Source of the DNA: Methylorubrum extorquens
GTDB lineage: Bacteria > Pseudomonadota > Alphaproteobacteria > Rhizobiales > Beijerinckiaceae
DNA: 32,000 nucleotides
Assembly (NCBI GenBank): GCA_900234795.1
Contig: LT962688.1
Location: 2,130,001-2,162,000 of the forward strand
Reading direction: 5' to 3'
The notes beneath the pieces were generated by a model that saw only the letters and a program-made list of their open reading frames with translations, had not been told where the DNA came from and made no database searches. The translations under genes were made by a program, and so were the position numbers. Below are positions 27,456 to 32,000 of this stretch, piece after piece (the stretch's first letter is position 1; each line of letters opens with the position of its first letter).

Positions 27456-28350
27456 TCTGACACCTCACAGCATGACCGCTCCGCACGGCCAAGCCGCGCA
27501 GAGTGGCTGACGGCGCAGCCCGTTCGGGACCTGCGCGTCGAAAAGGACGAAGTGCTGGAGATCATCCCTGGAGCAGGCCGCGCCTTGTCAGGCCGGCCAG
27601 GCGCCAGGGCTTAAGAGCCTGCTTGCAGGCTGCCCGCACGCCCTAGAAGGCGAATGCTTTGAAGACGGTTCAGCATAATCTAACGGAGCATAGGCTAAGC
27701 CATGGGGCTGTCAAGCAGGCCAAGAAAGACGGTTTTGCGGTGCTGGGTGCCATCGATTGCCTTTTCCCAGCGAATTGACAAGTGCATCAACTTCACTGAT
27801 GCTCTGAAGATCATGTGCTGTTCCATCACTCTCAACCGTGCCCTGTTTCGGGCAGGTAGCCTGATCGCAGGCGAGTAGCCCCAGGCCGGCGGCGCATCAG
27901 CGTACGCAGAGCTTGGGGATTGCGCGAGGGTTTTGCCGAGACGCTGTCGGCTACCGCGGCAAGAGCGCATGACAACCACCACACCAAATCGTTCGTCCGG
28001 CATGTGAAGCGAACGCGTCAGTCGCGTCGACGCACATGCGCGGATCTAACTGCCGGATAGGCAGCTCTCACGCAGTATCGGAGCGGGATCTATGGATGCC
28101 CCTGAGCGCGATCCGGAACCTCATCCTACGGGCGACGCAGGTGAGACGGCGAGGAAACGAGAACAGCCCATCTCCGTGCCCGACGTGGCACCGCCTTCAC
28201 GCACCGTGCTTCCGTTTTCGCGCAGAAATTATCCGTATTCGCCGGTCTCAGAAAAAAGCGAAAATGATCTCCTGCATCCTCCAGAAGTCGAGGATGATCC
28301 AGGCCCGAGTGCAGCGTAGTACGACAACGACCCAAATAGGATCGAAGAAG

Positions 28351-28764
28351 TTGACAAAAGTTTCCCTCGCTGCGGCGAAGCCGCGCATCAGGATGACAGC
28401 CGACGACCACGAACGCTTGTCGCGACTGGCGGCAAGCGCCATGGATCGCGCGCCGGAGGTCGCCGCATTTCTTTCGGACGAACTCGACCGGGTTCAGATC
28501 GTCCGGGGCGGGGCCGCTCAAGGAGCTTTCGCACGCATGGGCAGCCGGGTGGACTTCCGTGACAATTCGACGGGTCGGACGCAATCCGTGACGCTGGTCT
28601 ACCCTGGGGAGGCCCACATCGAGCAGGGCAAGGTTTCTATCCTGACCCCGATCGGCGCAGCCCTGATCGGCTTGAGCGAGGGTCAGTCCATCAATTGGGC
28701 CACTCGGACGGGCGAGACCCGACGCCTGACTGTGCTCGAGGTCCGCGAGGCCGCCTTCGCCTGA
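28351..28764 (+). CDS. Rnk-like protein (GreA/GreB C-terminal domain family), second paralog.
   Basis: ..KPRIRMTADDHERLSRLAASAMDRAPEVAAFLSDELDRVQIV..MGSRVDFRDNSTGRTQSVTLVYPGEAHIEQGKVSILTPIGAALIGLSEGQSINWATRTGETRRLTVLEV aligns with P. aeruginosa Rnk as I recall it. The start is uncertain: the TTG at 28351 gives ~137 aa (Rnk-like length), and in-frame ATGs lie at 28264, 28294 and 28393. The track ORF starts at 28036. Confidence 0.7.
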   Translation: MTKVSLAAAKPRIRMTADDHERLSRLAASAMDRAPEVAAFLSDELDRVQIVRGGAAQGAFARMGSRVDFRDNSTGRTQSVTLVYPGEAHIEQGKVSILTPIGAALIGLSEGQSINWATRTGETRRLTVLEVREAAFA

Positions 28765-28855
28765 AACGGCGCGCGGATCGGCTTTATCGACGAACGATCA
28801 TCCTGTTCGAGAGGCTGTTATGGACCTGTCGGCTGAGAGGCTCAGATGATCGGGC

Positions 28856-29320
28856 ATGAGCCTGATTCGAAGAGCCTATCCCTCCAATGTGTCCGATGAC
28901 CTCACGAGTCGCCGCCGTGGGCGGCGGTCTACCAGCAGGCGCAACGCTGGCTGTCGTCCGGTTTCTTCGAGCAACGGGCCGAGGACCTGCGTGACGTGCT
29001 GCGCCGGGCGGCCGGGCGCAAGGCCGAGCCATCAGCGGTCATCCACGACAGCCGGACGCTGCGTGCGACGCCCGAGAGCGGCGAGCGGGCCGGCGAAGAT
29101 GGGGCCAAGCGCAAGCAGAGTTCGAAGCTGCACATGGCGGTGGACAGGCTCGGTCATCTCCTGGCCCTGCATGTCATGCCGGCCAACGCGCCGATGACCG
29201 TGCCCGGGTCGATCATCTGGCCAAGGCCGTGCCGGCAGCCACCGACGACAGCGTCGAGATCGCCTTCGTCAATCAGGGCTATACCGGCCATAAGCCGGCC
29301 ACAGCCGCGCGAGTGGAGGG
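28856..29320 (+). mobile_element. Decayed IS5-family transposase gene (internal deletion, frame changes, 3' truncation).
   Basis: Three frames carry collinear IS5-like transposase pieces: MSLIRRAYPSNVSDD (28856-), then ..QRWLSSGFFEQRAEDLRDVLRRAAGRKAEPSAVIHDSRTLRATPESGERAGEDGAKRKQSSKLHMAVDRLGHLLALHVMPANA (from ~28927), then DDRARVDHLAKAVPAATDDSVEIAFVNQGYTGHKPA (from ~29190). The similarity ends about 29320, and the C-terminal third of the DDE domain is absent. I could not define terminal inverted repeats. Confidence 0.7.
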
Positions 29321-29404
29321 GGATCAATACCAGAGATTTTCCCCTCCACCGCCGCGCATAGAGGCCTTGAGTCCCAGCCAGATACGATCAGGCCGGATTC
29401 GCTA

Positions 29405-30472
29405 CTAGACGCGCTCAATTTCCAAATAGCCGATAACGCCCATCGCGTCCTCTGTGTAGGTCGTCTGTCGGACCTCGGCTGGCTCGAGGTCCTGCGCGAA
29501 GCCTTCGATTTCCTCACGGGAGCGGTACAACAGGTACCAGTCCATGAAGACTTCCATGTAAGCCTCCTCTGGGACGCCCCAGAGAAAGTTCGGAATGAGG
29601 AGCCGTCCGCCTTCGTTGAGGTGCTCGAAGAGAATGCGCGTCAGGCGCGCCGCGACCCTTGCATCGAGATAGTCGTAGAGCCCGGCAGCATAGATGAGGT
29701 CAAAGCGGCCTAGGTCCGCCTTTTCCGAGAGAATGTTTCGGACGGTGACCTGTCGCGTCTCGATCGCATCCGAGATCGAGCTGCGGTAACCATCGACAAC
29801 CGCAAGGCTGGAAGCGTCTTGATCGGTTGCGAGGAGACGCCCAACCCGTCCGTCCGTCAGGGCGATGCTGAGTTCCGCCTCGCGCAGATGGCCACTGGCG
29901 ACCGACAAGATCGAGGGTCGATCCCGGCGTGCCGCGGCCTCGTCGATCTTCCCGGCCAAGATGGACCGGCGGTGGCGCACCGCTTCGCATGCCGTCACAC
30001 CCACGGTGAACGTCATGACCGTGCGTCCGGCCTCCGTCGCGGCTTCCTGTGAGGGCCGCGCGGTTGGGTGGCGATAGACGAAGTCGAGAAGCCCAGCATC
30101 GCCGGGGTATCCACGGGGCTTCGTGAAGGAGTGGCGCGTGAAGGGGCACTCGTGAACGAGGCTGGCCAGCGTATGCGCGCGGGCCGCCGGCAGCACGGCT
30201 TCCCGCCATGTCCGGTCACTGAAGGTCTCCTTCAGCACCCTGAGCAGATCGATGACCGCGTCCGTCAGCCCCGTGTAATTTCCCGGAACCGCAAGTCCGA
30301 GGAGGCTGGTCAAGGCGCGGCTGACGTCATCCGCCACCACCGGATAGAGCGCCGCCGGCAGCTCCGTCGGGAGCCGACCGCCGTCGAGTCGTGATCGTTC
30401 GAACGCCCTGAGCGAAGCGAAATCGCGCAAGCGATCCGGGTCACGAGATAAAGAAAGTTGCCCACTCGACAT
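29405..30472 (-). CDS. Class I SAM-dependent methyltransferase, PhcB-like (3-hydroxy fatty acid methyl ester synthase-like) family (tentative).
   Basis: 355 aa. ..FTKPRGYPGDAGLLDFVY.. , ..ILSVASGHLREAE.. (degenerate motif I) and ..FDLIYAAGLYDYLD..LNEGGRLLIPNF resemble the PhcB-type methyltransferases I remember. No search was run. Confidence 0.55.
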   Translation of the reverse strand: MSSGQLSLSRDPDRLRDFASLRAFERSRLDGGRLPTELPAALYPVVADDVSRALTSLLGLAVPGNYTGLTDAVIDLLRVLKETFSDRTWREAVLPAARAHTLASLVHECPFTRHSFTKPRGYPGDAGLLDFVYRHPTARPSQEAATEAGRTVMTFTVGVTACEAVRHRRSILAGKIDEAAARRDRPSILSVASGHLREAELSIALTDGRVGRLLATDQDASSLAVVDGYRSSISDAIETRQVTVRNILSEKADLGRFDLIYAAGLYDYLDARVAARLTRILFEHLNEGGRLLIPNFLWGVPEEAYMEVFMDWYLLYRSREEIEGFAQDLEPAEVRQTTYTEDAMGVIGYLEIERV

Positions 30473-30518
30473 GCTCGACCGCCCTTAGCCCCGACGCCGG
30501 AGCGCATCCGGGTCTTAC

Positions 30519-30541
30519 GGTTAAGGTTAATGAATGGTTAA
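30519..30541. repeat. Three GGTTAA hexamers (two tandem, one 5 nt further) in the divergent methyltransferase/GGDEF promoter region.
   Basis: ggttaa at 30519-30524, 30525-30530 and 30536-30541, about 50 nt upstream of the methyltransferase ATG (30472). Confidence 0.5.
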
Positions 30542-30623
30542 GCTTTGTCCAGAGGCTTGTCGCGCTTGTTCAAGGGCTTCGTATATCCGTGCCTGTAGGC
30601 AGCGCGTCCGTATCTCGACGCGC

Positions 30624-30655
30624 TTTTTCGCTCTTATGTGAGCGTTTTTCGCTCT
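30624..30655. repeat. Direct repeat TTTTTCGCTCT twice with a 21-bp period in the same intergenic region.
   Basis: tttttcgctct at 30624-30634 and 30645-30655. The flanks are also similar (gcgc/gcg before, ta/ga after). Confidence 0.5.
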
Positions 30656-30864
30656 GATCCGGCGGAGTGCGGCCTGCTCAGCGCTGCCGGGGCCTGTGCC
30701 GTGCGCGCCGCACCGGCCGATCAGGGCGCGGCACAGCCAAAGATCCCGAATGATGACGCATCAAGGATTTGATACCCAGGCAGTGCGATCCACAGCGATG
30801 GAGCCCGCATTAAGGGTTTTGGGACACCGCGTTGGTATCGATGCTGGATGAGGCTCGGTCCACG

Positions 30865-32000
30865 ATGAACAGCGATACGCTCGATTTACTCGATCAGGAG
30901 CTCGGCAAGCGTTGGTTTCAACGCCGTTCGCCGATTCTGAATGCCGCTTTCAGGGCGCAATACGCACAGGCGATGCGCGAAGAGATGGGTCGCGCGTGTC
31001 AGTTGGTGGGCCTGCTCTACGTCGCGTTCGGCGTGATGGACGCGCTCCTCATCCGCGACATGCTCCCCTACCTCATCGCGCTGCGTCTCGTGCTCGGCGT
31101 GGGCTACGTCACTTCGATCATGCTGCAGGTCCGTCGCGGCGCCGATACGCAGACCCTCGAGCTTCAGTGCTCACTTGGCATCTATGTCGGCTTCGCAGCC
31201 TGGCTCTATCTTGCGACCCAGAGTTCCGATGAAACAGCGATCCTCTACTATGCCGGATACGGCTTGATCTTCATGCTGGTCGCGAACCTGTTTTTCAACC
31301 TCAGTTTCAGGTTCGCCCTGCTCTCGTCAGGCCTGATCACCGCGACATTTCTGTTTTGGGCTCTCCGTTCGAATGGGAATTCATCCTACATCATCTGCTT
31401 TAGTTCTTTATATGTACTGAGTTTTCTGCTCACGGCGTTCCTTAATCTCAAGTACAATCGAGAGCGGTACCGCGTGCATTTGAACGCGTGCCGGGCCGAG
31501 CTGCAGCAGCGTGAGGTGGTTCAACGCGGTGAGGAGCTGTTCCGACTGTCCACGACCGACGTTCTGACGGGCTTGGCCAACCGCCGCGCGATCGACAGCG
31601 TCCTGCAGGAACTCTGGCTCGCCAATGTCAACTCGGGGCAGGCGTTCGGCGTGATCCTGATCGATGTCGATTTCTTCAAGCTCTACAACGACCGCTACGG
31701 GCATCAACGGGGCGATAGCTGCCTCGCCGCTTTGGGGGAGGCGATGCGCGGCGCTGCCGATAAGAGGCGGTATGCCATCGGGCGCTTCGGAGGCGAGGAG
31801 TTCGCAGCGCTGTTTCAGGCGGATTCAGCCGAACAGGTTCTCGAATTCGCTGAGGAAGTTCGTCAAGCCGTCGAGGCGTTGCAGATCCCCCATGCAGCAC
31901 GGCGTGATCCGCTCTCCCATGTCACGGTGAGCATCGGAGCGGCGTTCTCTGCAGATGTCGCGGAGGATAAGCCGGAGCGTGCGATTTCCGCAGCTGACGA
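30865..32000 (+). CDS. Membrane-anchored diguanylate cyclase (GGDEF domain), partial; continues beyond the right window edge.
   Basis: My own translation (the frame is open to the window end, so it is absent from the track): MNSDTLDLLDQELGKRWFQRRSPILNAAFRAQY.., about 5-6 hydrophobic segments, then ..LSTTDVLTGLANRRAIDSVL..GVILIDVDFFKLYNDRYGHQRGDSCL..RFGGEEFAALF.. with the GGEEF active site. In-frame alternative starts are the ATG at 30841 and the TTG at 30832; the frame opens at 30814. Confidence 0.85.
   Translation, partial: MNSDTLDLLDQELGKRWFQRRSPILNAAFRAQYAQAMREEMGRACQLVGLLYVAFGVMDALLIRDMLPYLIALRLVLGVGYVTSIMLQVRRGADTQTLELQCSLGIYVGFAAWLYLATQSSDETAILYYAGYGLIFMLVANLFFNLSFRFALLSSGLITATFLFWALRSNGNSSYIICFSSLYVLSFLLTAFLNLKYNRERYRVHLNACRAELQQREVVQRGEELFRLSTTDVLTGLANRRAIDSVLQELWLANVNSGQAFGVILIDVDFFKLYNDRYGHQRGDSCLAALGEAMRGAADKRRYAIGRFGGEEFAALFQADSAEQVLEFAEEVRQAVEALQIPHAARRDPLSHVTVSIGAAFSADVAEDKPERAISAAD

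Noticed and set aside
27714-27896. A minus-strand open frame reading ..GLGLLACDQATCPKQGTVESDGTAHDLQSISEVDALVNSLGKGNRWHP.. with a lipobox-like LLAC, in the spacer between the Rnk-like genes.
   Set aside because: The frame has no start codon. The only nearby ATG (27897-27895) is one base out of frame. Calling it would require assuming an indel.
27695-28003. A 102-aa minus-strand ORF in the same spacer.
   Set aside because: The Arg-rich N-terminal half looks non-coding, there is no motif and no RBS. It overlaps the alternative frame above, so neither can be preferred.

Overview
High-GC (alphaproteobacterium-like, possibly Methylobacterium/Rhizobiales; this is inference) chromosomal segment with three parts. 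(1) Bases 1-13000 are a short-chain amide/urea utilisation locus. A transporter-like (NCS1) sensor histidine kinase on the minus strand runs off the left edge. Diverging from it on the plus strand are urtABCDE/fmdDEF-type ABC importer genes, a MetX-like alpha/beta hydrolase, formamidase fmdA (broken by two single-base frame shifts), zinc-ribbon fmdB, an OprB/FmdC-like porin and aliphatic amidase amiE. (2) Bases 13500-21800 hold a minus-strand operon: Liv-type binding protein, LivH, a LivM-LivG fusion, LivF, a KynB-like cyclase/formamidase and an amidase-signature enzyme. A LysR regulator is transcribed divergently from it. (3) Bases 21800-32000 are a more mosaic, visibly less GC3-biased signalling/accessory region. 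It contains a GAF-domain gene remnant, a CheY-like receiver, a PAS-PAS hybrid histidine kinase, four small unassignable ORFs, two divergent Rnk/GreA-C-terminal-like paralogs, a decayed IS5-family transposase, a PhcB-like SAM methyltransferase and a membrane GGDEF cyclase that runs off the right edge. I saw no rRNA, tRNA or CRISPR array. Many long ORFs in the track are antisense shadows typical of high-GC DNA. The points I consider most worth follow-up are the NCS1-permease/Cys-cluster/histidine-kinase fusion and its odd 5' end, the twice-shifted fmdA, and the uncharacterised LysR-controlled transporter-plus-two-amidohydrolase operon. I found no recognisable defence system or other clearly new system. 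Function calls rest on remembered family motifs, not on database searches.
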